NCBI GenBank assembly: GCA_034417075.1
Contig: DAOULU010000006.1
Span: 138,283-202,282, forward strand
DNA from: Anaerolineales bacterium
Lineage (GTDB): Bacteria > Chloroflexota > Anaerolineae > Anaerolineales > E44-bin32
Direction of reading: 5' to 3'
DNA: 64,000 bases
The notes beneath the pieces are model-generated. The model was not told the origin of the DNA. It saw only the letters and a list, made by a program, of their open reading frames with translations, and made no database searches. Shown one piece after another: positions 36,304 through 47,552 of the stretch. Both the position numbers and the translations under genes were made by a program. Within the stretch, counting starts at the first letter, position 1, and each line of letters begins with the position of its first letter.

Positions 36304-37674
36304 ATGTCCAAACCTGTCGTTGCCATCGTCGGACGGCCGAACGTCGGTAAGTCCACCCTATTCAATCGCCTCGCAGGCGAACGCTTGGCCGTCGTGGACG
36401 ACAGGCCTGGTACCACGCGCGATCGTCTCGTCGCCGAGTCGGAATGGCGAGGCATTACCTTCGACATCGTCGACACCGGTGGGATTGATCCGACGGACAT
36501 TCGCAGAAGCGAGCCCTTGTCAATAGATTCAGCAGACTTTATCGATCAGATTCGTGCCCAGGCCGAACTAGCCATGCGAGATGCGGATGCGATTCTGTTC
36601 ATGGTGGATGTCGAAAGCGGAGTGACCCCTGCGGATGTGGAGGTGGCAGAGAGGCTGCGGAAACGGCAGGGCTTGCAGCGTGATACACGGCAGCCGCCAA
36701 TCCTGCTCGTGGTCAATCGCTGCGACAACGAACAGCGGCGTGCCCAGGCTCATGAATTTTACGAACTCGGCATGGGCGATCCGATAGCGATATCCGCCCT
36801 GCACGGCAGTGGTACCGGCGATATGTTGGACTTGCTCATGGATGCCCTCCAGGTCGAAGGTGTACTCGAAGACGATGAGGACACCACGATCAAGGTCGCC
36901 ATCATCGGTCGCCCCAACGTAGGAAAATCCAGTCTGCTGAATCGTCTGCTGGGGGAGGAAAGGGTGATTGTGTCCCCTTTGCCGGGGACTACCCGCGACG
37001 CCATCGACACCAGACTCATCTACCATGGCACACCCCTGACTCTGATCGACACGGCGGGGATTCGCCGCAGAGGCCGCATTCGATCCGGTGTAGAGCGTTA
37101 TTCCGTTTTGCGCGCCCTAAAGGCCATCGATCGCGCGGACGTCGTTCTGCTGCTCGTCGATGCCACGGAAAGCGTCATCGCGCAGGACACGCACATCGCG
37201 GGCATGGCGATCGAAAAAGCGAAGAGTGTTGTCGTGATCGTCAACAAGTGGGATGCGGTCGACAAGGATTCACACACCATGGTTGCCTTCACGGAACACG
37301 TCCGGCAGGAATTGAATTTCATGGACTACGTTCCGGTCCTCTACATTTCCGCCAAGACGGGTCTGCGTGTCGGACAGGTGATTCCCACAGCCCTGCAAGT
37401 GCAGGAAGAGCGATTGCGCCGCATACCGACCGGCCAATTGAATCAGCTGCTGAGGCAAGCGCTCCACAATTTTCCCCCGCCGTCCAGAAAAGGCAAACGT
37501 CTGCGTATTCGCTACGCCTCGCAGGTGCGTACCGACCCGCCCACGTTCCTTTTTCACGTCAACGACCCGAAGTTGGTTCACTTCAGCTACGTGCGTTATC
37601 TCGAAAACTGCATCCGTACGAAGTACCGATTTCTTGGAACGCCTCTGCGTCTTTCATTTCGAAAACAAGCCTGA
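36304..37674 (+). CDS. der: Ribosome-biogenesis GTPase Der (EngA)
   Basis: Two tandem GTPase domains (GRPNVGKSTLFNRL and GRPNVGKSSLLNRL, DTGG/DTAG, NKCD/NKWD) plus a KH-like C-terminus. Confidence 0.96.
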   Translation: MSKPVVAIVGRPNVGKSTLFNRLAGERLAVVDDRPGTTRDRLVAESEWRGITFDIVDTGGIDPTDIRRSEPLSIDSADFIDQIRAQAELAMRDADAILFMVDVESGVTPADVEVAERLRKRQGLQRDTRQPPILLVVNRCDNEQRRAQAHEFYELGMGDPIAISALHGSGTGDMLDLLMDALQVEGVLEDDEDTTIKVAIIGRPNVGKSSLLNRLLGEERVIVSPLPGTTRDAIDTRLIYHGTPLTLIDTAGIRRRGRIRSGVERYSVLRALKAIDRADVVLLLVDATESVIAQDTHIAGMAIEKAKSVVVIVNKWDAVDKDSHTMVAFTEHVRQELNFMDYVPVLYISAKTGLRVGQVIPTALQVQEERLRRIPTGQLNQLLRQALHNFPPPSRKGKRLRIRYASQVRTDPPTFLFHVNDPKLVHFSYVRYLENCIRTKYRFLGTPLRLSFRKQA

Positions 37675-37743
37675 AGGATCGTTTCCTCACGCCGCCATCT
37701 GCTTAGAACGTATGCTCTTTCGATGATGATATAATTTGTTGCG

Positions 37744-38346
37744 ATGTCGAATCCTTACTCGTTTAACCACGAAGCCGAATGGCAGACACCTGCGCCAGAA
37801 AAGCCACAGAACCGGATCGTTCGCTACTTCGGTGAATTTTTGCAGACGGCTTTAATCGCCCTGCTGCTCTTTCTGGCCGTCAATCTCCTTACGGCGCGCA
37901 TTCGCGTCGAAGGCATCAGCATGGAACCGAGCCTACACGACGGTCAATTCGTGGTCGTGAATCGGCTGGCGTATCGCTGGCAAGAACCCAACCGCGGAGA
38001 CATCATCGTCTTCTACTTCCCCCAAAATCCCTCGCGGCGATTCATCAAACGTGTAATTGGCCTGCCAGGGGACACAATCGACGTTCAATCCGGTCATGTA
38101 TATGTCAACGGAACCTTGTTGGAAGAGCCCTATATCGCCGCTCCGGCGAACTTCTCCGGCGAGTGGCGCGTCGACCGGAACGATGTCTTCGTTCTCGGAG
38201 ATAACCGCAATAACTCTTCTGATTCGCCAGATTGGGGCGGATTGCCCATCAACGAAATTATCGGAAAAGCGATTTTCGTTTATTGGCCGCTGGATACCGT
38301 TGGACTCATCCCTCATTATGATCTCGTCGGGGCCGCCGAAGAGTAA
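37744..38346 (+). CDS. lepB: Signal peptidase I
   Basis: TM anchor, catalytic Ser box GISMEPSL, Lys box FIKRVIGLPGD, GDNRNNSSDS box. Confidence 0.93.
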   Translation: MSNPYSFNHEAEWQTPAPEKPQNRIVRYFGEFLQTALIALLLFLAVNLLTARIRVEGISMEPSLHDGQFVVVNRLAYRWQEPNRGDIIVFYFPQNPSRRFIKRVIGLPGDTIDVQSGHVYVNGTLLEEPYIAAPANFSGEWRVDRNDVFVLGDNRNNSSDSPDWGGLPINEIIGKAIFVYWPLDTVGLIPHYDLVGAAEE

Positions 38347-38604
38347 AAACGCACTCGCCTGAACCCCACACCTTGTGCTAAAATCGAATCATCGAAACAC
38401 CAAGCGATTTGGCCCAGATGGGATTCTCAGTGCATAATGCAGTGGCATTGATTTCTACCCGTTTACGACAGGTGGATTGGTGTTATCTTCGACTCTGGAA
38501 TAGAATACGTCGTTCGACGAAGCGGTTTAGCGTCAAATCCATCGGACCTGAACGATGAATTTGAGAGAGACCGTGTCCTAGGACACATCTCAAAGGGCAT
38601 TAAC

Positions 38605-40239
38605 ATGTCTGAGGCGCAAGAAAAAGCGACATCTCCGCGTGTAATGGTGATCGCGGACGTCGAAAGCAATGCAGAAGCGCTCATTGATCGTGTCTTTCGC
38701 CCTGCCGGCATTCAGGCTTCAACCTCAAACACGGAAGGCCCACCACCGGACATCCTCGTTCTCGACATCACTCAATTACGCGGAGATCCGCTGGGGAATT
38801 TACGCAACATACGCGCACAAGGTGAAGAAGCGCCCGCCATCGTACTCGCGGCGCACTTCCCCCATTCTCGCTTGAGAGACATGTTCCGTCTCGGTGTGAA
38901 TGACTTTTTACTCAAACCTTACCGGCCGGAGGCATTATGTCAAGCCGTACGCGACATGGGAGAAAGCCGCTCGATTGAAGTCAATACCAAGGTATTGGCG
39001 AGAAGGCTGGAGGGGATGCGCGAACAATTCCGACGTCGTTCGGAGGAAATTCGCCTCTTGACCGAGATCGGCCGTGTAGTCGTCCGTCTCGGTGATCTGG
39101 ATTCCATCCTTCGTCGCGTTGTGGAAGCAGCCGCCTTTGTGACCGACGCCGAAGAAGCCAACATCTACCTGGCCGAGCCGGGAACGAAGGAATTGGTCCT
39201 GCGCGCCACAAAGAGTATTAACGAACGACATGCTTCATTAAAGCGTTTGCGTGTCGAGGACACGTTGACGGGAGAAGTGTTCTCGACCGGGGAGCCGATG
39301 CTGCGCCAACCTTCTCTGGAAGGCGGACCGATCAAGGTACAAACGGGCTTTATGGTGCAATCACTTGTAAAAGTTCCCATACGAGCGCGGAACAGCATCG
39401 TCGGCGTGCTGGGCATATACAACGGCATCACCCCGCGCCGTTTCAGTCAACATCACCTTACCCTGCTGATGGCACTCGGTAACTGGACGGGTGTGGCGCT
39501 CGAATACGCCAACCTGATGCGTGAGGCGGAGAATCCGGCAGCGTCCAACCAGACCCTCACAGCCGTTCCTAACGATCTGATCGAAGGTCTTGATAAATGC
39601 ATTCAAATCATCGAACCGATGATCAACGGTGCAACGGAAGCATCGAGCAGAGAGCAGCGGCGTAGCCTAAACGAACTCCACAGGAATCTACTTATGCTAC
39701 GCGCCATGCCCATGGCGACGCTCGACGTCGAAGAAGCACAAGAAATGGTCGACTTGCCCGGTGTTATGGAGCAGGTTCTCCGGGAAATGCGGCGTCCGGC
39801 AGCGCGCAGAGGTTTGGAGATTATCATCGACGAAAGCCCCCCGCTGCCTTTATTTCGCGGCGATAGCAACCGCACGCATCGCATCATTCAAACGCTCGTC
39901 GCCGCCGCAATCCGTCGAACGTCGCGGGGACGTATTGTTCTCGAAGCCCACCGTGTCGAAGTCCTCAAGGGTCGCAGTACGAGCATTCCCATCCCGAGGC
40001 ACATTCAACTCAACGATGGGTTGTGGGCCATTGTGAGAATTTCGGATACGAGCCCCGGCCTCTCACCGGATACGGTCCACGCGCTGACAAAAGAAGAAAT
40101 CGATCCGTCCGCCGGACAGATCGGACCGGGGCTTTCCTTGGGTGAGATTCGCATGATGCTTGAAAGCATGAACGGCAGTTTGTGGTACGAGCATACACCC
40201 GCAAGCACCAGCATCGTATTCTCACTTCCAGTAACCTGA
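38605..40239 (+). CDS. Receiver-like, GAF, histidine-kinase-like ATPase signalling protein
   Basis: N-terminal REC-like fold (DILVLDI..., LLKPY), GAF region (LDSILRRVVEAAAFVTDAEEANIYL...VGVLGIYN), C-terminal HATPase-like region with G1 DTSPGL and G2 GPGLSLG. The N-box Asn is not evident (LVAAAIRRT). Confidence 0.7.
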   Translation: MSEAQEKATSPRVMVIADVESNAEALIDRVFRPAGIQASTSNTEGPPPDILVLDITQLRGDPLGNLRNIRAQGEEAPAIVLAAHFPHSRLRDMFRLGVNDFLLKPYRPEALCQAVRDMGESRSIEVNTKVLARRLEGMREQFRRRSEEIRLLTEIGRVVVRLGDLDSILRRVVEAAAFVTDAEEANIYLAEPGTKELVLRATKSINERHASLKRLRVEDTLTGEVFSTGEPMLRQPSLEGGPIKVQTGFMVQSLVKVPIRARNSIVGVLGIYNGITPRRFSQHHLTLLMALGNWTGVALEYANLMREAENPAASNQTLTAVPNDLIEGLDKCIQIIEPMINGATEASSREQRRSLNELHRNLLMLRAMPMATLDVEEAQEMVDLPGVMEQVLREMRRPAARRGLEIIIDESPPLPLFRGDSNRTHRIIQTLVAAAIRRTSRGRIVLEAHRVEVLKGRSTSIPIPRHIQLNDGLWAIVRISDTSPGLSPDTVHALTKEEIDPSAGQIGPGLSLGEIRMMLESMNGSLWYEHTPASTSIVFSLPVT

Positions 40240-40252
40240 TCGGAGCGGGACC

Positions 40253-40795
40253 ATGAATGGAAAATCAACGTCCGTCGAGGTCTACACTGCAACGCACAGA
40301 ATCCTGGGAAGGGTCCAGGCTGGGCCTACAGGACTGTTTAGCTACATCAACATCCCAACGCGCTCCTACATCGAAATGGAAGGCGCACACCTGTCGCGCC
40401 TGCACCAACCGTCTAAGTTGATTGCTCGCCATCCTACGCTATGGCTGGTGAAGAGCGAAGTGGTTGTCATACTGCTCAGCAGCCGCTCCGAACTGGGTGC
40501 GGCGAGCTTCGCTCGAGGGGGTTATACGAGCAAAATCCCGCATTGGGTACGCATTCTCATGGGGGGCTACGAAATGCGTGGCATGGTCGAAACTTCCGGC
40601 AAATTCAACTTCGGTTCGATCATGTTTGAAGGCGATTCGTTGTTCATCCCGATCTACCACACAGACTTCAACGCCATCCTCTTCCCCGCAGTCCGGACCC
40701 GGTCACCCGTCGGTTTGATCAACCGCAAGATGGTCGACGGTATCGCCTTGCTGCCTAAGGAAGAGATCCCCCAGCCGAAAGACGACGCCGGATAA
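40253..40795 (+). CDS. Hypothetical protein with an internal duplication (two ~85-aa modules)
   Basis: 180-aa ORF 14 nt downstream of the signalling protein. The two halves align by eye (VEVYTATHRILGRVQ... against VRILMGGYEMRGMVE...; LWLVKSEVVVILL against VGLINRKMVDGIALL). Confidence 0.55.
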   Translation: MNGKSTSVEVYTATHRILGRVQAGPTGLFSYINIPTRSYIEMEGAHLSRLHQPSKLIARHPTLWLVKSEVVVILLSSRSELGAASFARGGYTSKIPHWVRILMGGYEMRGMVETSGKFNFGSIMFEGDSLFIPIYHTDFNAILFPAVRTRSPVGLINRKMVDGIALLPKEEIPQPKDDAG

Positions 40796-40910
40796 TCCGT
40801 CCGTCTTCGACTCGGTCGGTAAACGTGCGCCGACCGCCTGGTCGCGGATGTCTGTTCGTAATTCGCTTTGGATATGAGGCCAAGTAAGCTGACGATCGAT
40901 TTCGCTCGAG

Positions 40911-41588
40911 TTACATCGACTCTTCGACGATCTTCACCCCCGCGCTCGCACCGATTCTCGTTGCCCCCGCAGCGATCATCTGCTGTGCCTGAGCGTACGT
41001 GTGAATCCCGCCCGCAGCTTTCACCCCGATTTCAGGCCCCACAGTGTGACGCATCAATGCCACGTCTTCGATGCTCGCTCCACCGGGTCCGAAACCCGTT
41101 GAAGTTTTGACGAAATCTGCCCCTGCCTCCACTGCGATCTGACAGGCAGTTTCCTTCCCTTCGTCCGTCAACAACGCAGCTTCGATAATCACTTTGAGGA
41201 TCGCTTCACCTTCGTGGCAGATGTTTGCTACTGCTGCTATATCATCCTGTACGATCCCCAATTGGCTCGATTTGAACGCACCGATGTTCATCACCATATC
41301 CACTTCGCTTGCCCCATCCCGCAGCACCCGTTGTGTCTCGAAGACCTTGACCTCCGTAGGCGTGGCACCCAACGGAAAGCCGACGACAGAACACACCAGA
41401 CTATCGGTCCCACCAAGCAGCTGCGCGCATAGTTTTACGTAGTAGGGGTTCACGCATACCGAATAGAAATTGTATTCCACGGCCTCGTCACAAAGCTGCC
41501 GGATTTGGTCCTCGCTGGCATCCGCTTTGAGCAGCGTATGGTCGATGAGGCGATTGATAGGTAGCTGGGTCGATTCTTTATTCGTCAC
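40911..41588 (-). CDS. deoC: Deoxyribose-phosphate aldolase
   Basis: [41 protein letters not shown], catalytic-Lys region [11 protein letters not shown] start at 41588 is preceded by GGAGGG at 7 nt. The ORF extension to 41762 lacks homology. Confidence 0.92.
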   Translation of the reverse strand: MTNKESTQLPINRLIDHTLLKADASEDQIRQLCDEAVEYNFYSVCVNPYYVKLCAQLLGGTDSLVCSVVGFPLGATPTEVKVFETQRVLRDGASEVDMVMNIGAFKSSQLGIVQDDIAAVANICHEGEAILKVIIEAALLTDEGKETACQIAVEAGADFVKTSTGFGPGGASIEDVALMRHTVGPEIGVKAAGGIHTYAQAQQMIAAGATRIGASAGVKIVEESM

Positions 41589-41819
41589 AGTGGTACCCTC
41601 CAATAATTGGCAATGGGAAAAATGCACTTCTGTTCCCGGATTCTCATTGGTGATTCTATTCCGTTCAGCCCGTTCCAGGCAAGCATCCCGGTCTGGTCCA
41701 AATCGCTCGCGATGCAACTCCCAACAACAAACGGGGGTTAAACGAGAAGGATTTGAAATCATATGGATGCGTTTTTGGTTTCGGGGCGGTTTTAAGTTAT
41801 CATTCGGCTGACAAAATGA

Positions 41820-44195
41820 ATGCAGGGGGATGCAATGAGGTTGTTCTGTTTCAACATGGCCTGGCTGGCCGGAATCGGCATCAGCCGGGCCGTATCGATT
41901 GATTCCACGGAGTGGTCGGTACTTGCGGGGATTTCGCTGGCCGCGCTGCTTCTCTTCCGCCGCAATCCGCTTCCCCGCGCCATCTTTTCGCTCACGTTGT
42001 TCTTTTCACTTGGAGGGCTGCGATACGTGTCCTCCCTCCCCAGGATCGATGCGGAACACATCGCCAGCCACAACGATCGCGGAGTGCGCGTTACGATCGA
42101 AGGCATTATCATCACCTCACCCGACCTGCGCGATGCGTACACGGGTTTGAAAATCGAAGCCCAAAGTATTCAAGCCCGCGACAGCACACAAATCCGAGCG
42201 ATAAGTGGCAGACTACTGGCGTACGTTTCTCCGTTCGAGGAATACAGCTACGGGGATAGAATTCGCGTGACGGGATTCGTCGAGACCCCTCCCGTCTTCG
42301 AGACCTTTTCCTACCGCGAGTACCTCGCCAGGCAGGGAATTCACAGCCTGATGCAGGACCCCGAGATCGCCGTATTGAGAAAAAGGGCGGGCCAACCGCT
42401 GCTTCAAGCCATATACGATTTCCGGGGGCGAGCTTTGGAAGTCGTGCAGAAAATATTTCCCGATCCGGAGGCATCCCTGCTCGCCGGAATCCTGCTGGGC
42501 ATCGAAAGCGGCATCTCACCCGAAGTACGTGCGGCGTTCGATAAGACTGGCACGACGCACATTATCGCCATATCCGGATTCAACATCACCATCATCAGTG
42601 CCCTCTTCATATCACTGTTCGGACGCTGGCTGGGCGTTCGACGCGGCGCCGTCGCAGCTGGGGCAGCGATTTGCCTGTATACCATCTTCGTCGGCGCAGA
42701 TGCAGCCGTGGTACGCGCGGCGATCATGGGAGGCTTCGTCCTGCTGGCGAACCGCATCGGCCGGCAGACGCACGGCATGGCTTCCTTGGGAGGCGCAGCG
42801 CTCGTAATGAGCATCATCAACCCGAGCGTCCTCTGGGACGTGGGATTTCAACTGTCTTTTGCAGCCACGTTGGGTCTCATCCTGTACGCCGAACCTCTCC
42901 AGGATTGGTTCGTACGTACGGCCAGCCGATGGATGGAGGATGGCCTTGCGGAGCGCCTCGCAGGACCCGTCGGTGAATTTGTGCTCTTCACCCTGGCTGC
43001 ACAACTCACCACGCTCCCCCTGATCGCTTACTACTTCCGCCGCATCTCGATTGCGTCGTTCCTCACCAATCCCGTGATCTTACCGGTCCAACCCGCGGTG
43101 ATGATCCTAGCGGGATTGGCCACCCTTGCGGGCTGCTTGTGGCTTCCGTTGGGAACTGCCCTCGCCTGGGGCGCATGGCCATTCGCGGCGTTTACCATCC
43201 GGGCGGTCGACTTTTTCTCCCGCTGGAATGCAGCCAGCTTTTCCCTGGGCCCCGTATCAATACTCGTCGTCGCAGGATTCTATCTGGTTCTCTTTGCTCC
43301 CACCGCAATCCTTCAAATTCCAGCGGAGCGTTACCCTCGCCTGGCACGCGTACGAGCCCGATTGGAATCGCTGCACCTATCGAAGACTGCAACGCTGGCT
43401 GCACTTGCCCTGTTGACTGGATTCACTTGGCGCGGCGTCGTCAACCGACCCGATAGACGCCTGCACCTCACCATGCTCGACACTGCTGGCGGCGATGCCA
43501 TACTGATCCAGACTCCCACTGGGAGACACGTCCTCGTCGACGGAGGCAACAGCACGATGCGTTTGTCCACGGCGCTCGGTCGACGGCTTCCACCGCTCGC
43601 CGCCCACCTGGACTGGCTGGTGATCGGAGGGACCAACGAAGAACAAATCGCAGGATTGGCGAGCGCCGTCGAACGATTTTCGATTGACGATGTTCTCATT
43701 TCAGGCGATCCGAGTGGCCCGGCCTACAGCAAGTTGATCCACTCCCTGATGGAAATGGGCACCGAAATCCGCTACGCAACCCGCGGGCAGCGTCTTGATC
43801 TCGGATCGGGTGCACACCTCGAGGTCATCGAAGCCGGCCGGCACGGCGCGATCCTCCTGGTTACGTTTGGGCGGGCGAGGTTCCTGCTCACACCAGGAGC
43901 GGACCCCGCGTTGATCAAAGAATTGCAGAAAAACCGCAGCTTTACCACCGTTTCAGCGCTGATGCTTGCAGACAGCGGATATGGCGCGGTAAACCCTCCC
44001 GCATTAATCGCAAGCCTGCAACCCTGGCTGGCTCTGGTCTCCGTGACGGCCGGGAACGAACGCAATCTCCCCGACTGGCGTGTGCTCGAAGCGCTAGATG
44101 GAACGATGGTTCTGCGTACCGACCAAAATGGTTGGATTCACTGTTTCAGCGATGGAGAAAATCTTTGGGTCGAGGTCGAGCGAGTGGCGGATTAA
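41820..44195 (+). CDS. comEC: DNA internalization-related competence protein ComEC/Rec2
   Basis: 791 aa. N-terminal OB/DUF4131-like region, polytopic competence domain ([16 protein letters not shown]), C-terminal metallo-beta-lactamase-like domain ([17 protein letters not shown]). Confidence 0.9.
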   Translation: MQGDAMRLFCFNMAWLAGIGISRAVSIDSTEWSVLAGISLAALLLFRRNPLPRAIFSLTLFFSLGGLRYVSSLPRIDAEHIASHNDRGVRVTIEGIIITSPDLRDAYTGLKIEAQSIQARDSTQIRAISGRLLAYVSPFEEYSYGDRIRVTGFVETPPVFETFSYREYLARQGIHSLMQDPEIAVLRKRAGQPLLQAIYDFRGRALEVVQKIFPDPEASLLAGILLGIESGISPEVRAAFDKTGTTHIIAISGFNITIISALFISLFGRWLGVRRGAVAAGAAICLYTIFVGADAAVVRAAIMGGFVLLANRIGRQTHGMASLGGAALVMSIINPSVLWDVGFQLSFAATLGLILYAEPLQDWFVRTASRWMEDGLAERLAGPVGEFVLFTLAAQLTTLPLIAYYFRRISIASFLTNPVILPVQPAVMILAGLATLAGCLWLPLGTALAWGAWPFAAFTIRAVDFFSRWNAASFSLGPVSILVVAGFYLVLFAPTAILQIPAERYPRLARVRARLESLHLSKTATLAALALLTGFTWRGVVNRPDRRLHLTMLDTAGGDAILIQTPTGRHVLVDGGNSTMRLSTALGRRLPPLAAHLDWLVIGGTNEEQIAGLASAVERFSIDDVLISGDPSGPAYSKLIHSLMEMGTEIRYATRGQRLDLGSGAHLEVIEAGRHGAILLVTFGRARFLLTPGADPALIKELQKNRSFTTVSALMLADSGYGAVNPPALIASLQPWLALVSVTAGNERNLPDWRVLEALDGTMVLRTDQNGWIHCFSDGENLWVEVERVAD

Positions 44196-44292
44196 TTCCA
44201 AGTTCAGTTGGACGATACCAGCGATCCGAGATCGTTTTGCGCCCCTCGCTACGCATGCTACAATCTCGGCATCTTCGTATCCCAGGCGGTGT

Positions 44293-45327
44293 ATGATGCG
44301 ATTGAATAAACTTCTTCCGATCCTCCTGATTCTTTGCATGACGGCGTGTAATGCGCCAATACAAAAGCAAATGACGGTGCCGCCGGCTGCTCTTGAGGCT
44401 ACGGAAGCTCCCACGGAAGCGCCAACCGACACCATCGCGCCTTCCCCAGAGCCAACCGAAACTACGAATCCCTTCAGCAGACTCGGGCAAATCATGTTTC
44501 TGGTAACGCAGGAAGGCATTTCAGACGCGTACGTCATTAACGCGGACGGAACGCAGCTCAACCAATGGCAGCCCCCCATCGACGGCATATCGGAATTCGA
44601 CTGGTCGCCCGATGGCACCCGGCTGGCCGTTGTCAGCAACGCCGATGGCGATGATGAAATCTATGTCATGAATGCGGATGGTACGGATGTCAAGCAGCTA
44701 ACCAATAACGACGCAGCCGACCGGAATCCAGACTGGTCACCGGATGGTACCAAGATCGCATTTTATTCGATGCGGGACGTGATTCCGGATTACGAAGGTC
44801 CGCCTCCCGAAATTTACGTGATGAACGCCGACGGCTCCCAACAAACCCGTATCACCAACAACGAAACCAGCGACACCTGCCCCAATTGGACTCCGAGCGG
44901 TTCGCATATCGCCTTCACCTCCTTCCACTTCTCATACCAGACCAGCCGCATCAACATCATGCGCGCGGATGGCAGCGAAGAAACTCTACTCGTGGATACA
45001 GACGGAGATGAAGGCTGTCCTCGCTGGTCCCCCGAAGGAACCCGGCTCGTCTTCGAATCGCGCTATCGTGATGGCAGTTTCATCATTCTCACGGACGCCT
45101 ATGGGATGAATGAAACCCCCCTGACGGACGGTAGTGCCGACGATCGTGATCCGAACTGGTCACCAGACGGACAATGGATTGTATTCACCTCTGATCGAAA
45201 CGCAGGAGATGATCTTTATATTGTCTCTTCCATTGGAGGAGAATCAGCCAATCTGACTCAGAATCCATCGCAGCATGAACGAGCCCCGATTTGGGTGCTT
45301 CCGGGAACCATACCGCTGTCTGAATAG
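44293..45327 (+). CDS. Lipoprotein with TolB-like (PD40/WD40-like) beta-propeller repeats
   Basis: Signal/lipobox MMRLNKLLPILLILCMTAC. Repeated DWSPDGT / NWTPSGS / RWSPEGT / NWSPDGQ blades. The upstream ORF extension (44098) overlaps comEC. Confidence 0.85.
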   Translation: MMRLNKLLPILLILCMTACNAPIQKQMTVPPAALEATEAPTEAPTDTIAPSPEPTETTNPFSRLGQIMFLVTQEGISDAYVINADGTQLNQWQPPIDGISEFDWSPDGTRLAVVSNADGDDEIYVMNADGTDVKQLTNNDAADRNPDWSPDGTKIAFYSMRDVIPDYEGPPPEIYVMNADGSQQTRITNNETSDTCPNWTPSGSHIAFTSFHFSYQTSRINIMRADGSEETLLVDTDGDEGCPRWSPEGTRLVFESRYRDGSFIILTDAYGMNETPLTDGSADDRDPNWSPDGQWIVFTSDRNAGDDLYIVSSIGGESANLTQNPSQHERAPIWVLPGTIPLSE

Positions 45328-45423
45328 AGCAAAGCCGGCTGAGAATCGAACAAAATTACGAAGCCGCTCCCTACAGTGAGGCAATCAGGGAGCGGCTTTT
45401 TCATTGCGTCAGATGATATAAAA

Positions 45424-47298
45424 TCAAGGCAGCATCACAACCAGATTGTCGAACGCCAAGGAAAAGCCGCCTTCGGCGTACGTCCCGGCGATCAAACCGA
45501 TGTCGCCGTCTGTGAAAGTGTAATCCGTGACCTGCGCGACGACGACGTCGTTGATCGCAAGCGTCAGCTCGCTGCTGATACACGCGGCCGTTATCTTGTA
45601 GGAACTGTTTTGGGGGATGTCACGTGTGTAATCCCAGTCCCACAACCATTCAATGCTGTATTCTTCCGCCTTCCAAATGGAAAACCAGCCGTCTCCGGTC
45701 ATCGTCATGGCGTAAAAATTGCCATCGTCTTCAGCGCGGCAGATCACGCCGAAATCTGCACCTTCAACCGGTGTGACGATGCGTGAATCGACGCTTAGGA
45801 CCAAATCGCCGTAACTCTTTCCGGGATTTCCCCAGAAGTAATACCCTTCCCAATTGATTTGAAAGACGTACTCACCGTTCTGGTAACCAACAAAAGCGGC
45901 TTCATTGCGCTCGTGTCGCCAGCCCTCAGACCTGCTTGAAAAATCCTCTTGATAGACGATCGTCTTCCCTTGCGGTATTTGAATGTCAGGTTTGGGTTGT
46001 TCGACGATGTTGTATTCCCCGCGTTGGGCAGCCTCGATCAAAGGCATGGCCAGATCGATCGGGCGCAGCGCGTTGATGAAACCGCCCGTCGGAACGCAGC
46101 TATCGCGCCCGTCGACAACCCCGTCGCGGTTGGTATCGACGATCACGCGACAATCCACGAATTGATCCTCCCCGCCGTAGCCAAGTTGTGTGGGAATGGC
46201 AACCAGATATCCGGCCGCATCAACCACCAAACCCCCGCTGTTACCGCCTGCAATTGTCGCAGAAGTCTTGATGAAAGCGCGATCGCCGTACGTCTCTTCG
46301 GAAGTAAAACCACTCACTTCGCCGCGCGTGAGCGTGATCGTCTGTCCGCCGATCCCCGGATAGCCGAGGATGATCAACGAATCGCCCAATTGAATCTGGC
46401 CGGCGTCTCCCAAAGGGACAGCCGGCAGGTTAAGTTCGGACCGATCGATCTCTTTCTTGTCGATATCCGTGGTGATACGGATCACAGCGACGTCAAGTTT
46501 ATAGTCGGCTTGAAGCACCTCGGCGTAGTAAGTATCGGTCGGCGGTTGATCCGGCTCGCCGGTCATTGATATCTTCAATGCATCGACGGGAAAGAACTTA
46601 TCCGGCAGCACGACGTGAGCGTTGGTCAGAATCAAACCGTCTGGGGAGATGACCGAACCGGATCCGCTCCATCCCGGGGAAAGGCTTCCGTTTTCCATGT
46701 ACATTGCCGTGATTTTGACAACCGAGGAAAAGGGGATTTCAGATGCGGGCTCCGGCGCCGGAGTCTCTGTGGCGTTCGCCTCCACATCGGCCGCTACTTC
46801 TTCCATTGTGGTATTAACCACCAAACTCGTCGTTGCAGAAACCCGCTTCGATCCCGCCTTGACATCGAAACTGCCGTTGAAATCGATGGCTTCGCCGGCC
46901 TGCATGCGAATGCGAAATTCTCGCACCTCTTGGGGAACGAGGATGAAATCGATCACGAAGCCGGTCATCGAACCTTCATTTACCTGATTGAGCGTTCCCG
47001 GGAAAACATCGAGAACGGTGGCAGCCTCGAGAAGATCCTGCGGCAGCAGGATCTCATCCACGATCAAGTTGTCACTGCCGAGATTTTCCACCCCGACAAA
47101 TACGTCGAACGTTTCTCCGACCATGACTTCGGATGGCGCACGCACCTCGACCTGCATGGCGCTCGGAGAGCTAGGGAGAAAGCTCAGGCCACCTTCGAAA
47201 ATGCCTGAATTCGAGATCACGAACACCGCAACAGCGATCAAAATGCCCACATTTGCAATCGCTAAAATGATGACGATGGTTTTTGATTTCCCTTTCAT
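45424..47298 (-). CDS. Membrane-anchored trypsin-like (S1/HtrA-type) serine protease with C-terminal jelly-roll-like domain
   Basis: TM anchor. His box LILTNAHVV, Ser box GNSGGLVVDAAG. The C-terminal ~190 aa resemble a concanavalin/LamG-like fold (GDIGLIAGTYAEGGFSLAFDNLVV). Confidence 0.8.
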   Translation of the reverse strand: MKGKSKTIVIILAIANVGILIAVAVFVISNSGIFEGGLSFLPSSPSAMQVEVRAPSEVMVGETFDVFVGVENLGSDNLIVDEILLPQDLLEAATVLDVFPGTLNQVNEGSMTGFVIDFILVPQEVREFRIRMQAGEAIDFNGSFDVKAGSKRVSATTSLVVNTTMEEVAADVEANATETPAPEPASEIPFSSVVKITAMYMENGSLSPGWSGSGSVISPDGLILTNAHVVLPDKFFPVDALKISMTGEPDQPPTDTYYAEVLQADYKLDVAVIRITTDIDKKEIDRSELNLPAVPLGDAGQIQLGDSLIILGYPGIGGQTITLTRGEVSGFTSEETYGDRAFIKTSATIAGGNSGGLVVDAAGYLVAIPTQLGYGGEDQFVDCRVIVDTNRDGVVDGRDSCVPTGGFINALRPIDLAMPLIEAAQRGEYNIVEQPKPDIQIPQGKTIVYQEDFSSRSEGWRHERNEAAFVGYQNGEYVFQINWEGYYFWGNPGKSYGDLVLSVDSRIVTPVEGADFGVICRAEDDGNFYAMTMTGDGWFSIWKAEEYSIEWLWDWDYTRDIPQNSSYKITAACISSELTLAINDVVVAQVTDYTFTDGDIGLIAGTYAEGGFSLAFDNLVVMLP

Positions 47299-47552
47299 CT
47301 AACACCTCTTCCGTACCGAGGAAGATGTAGAGTGTTCGCGATCTGAGGTAACAAACCACACCTTGTCATAAGTTCAAGTTGAATAGTATAAGATTTCGCA
47401 ATCGGAGACAACATCCAATTCATCCTATTTGCACCATCGCGTGGAGGGAATGGCAATCTACAACGCCCGTTCGACAAATCACGACTTACTGTTCTCTTTT
47501 TTTACGATTTTGAATACACTTAAGAGTGCCAGAGATAATTAAGGAGGAGACA

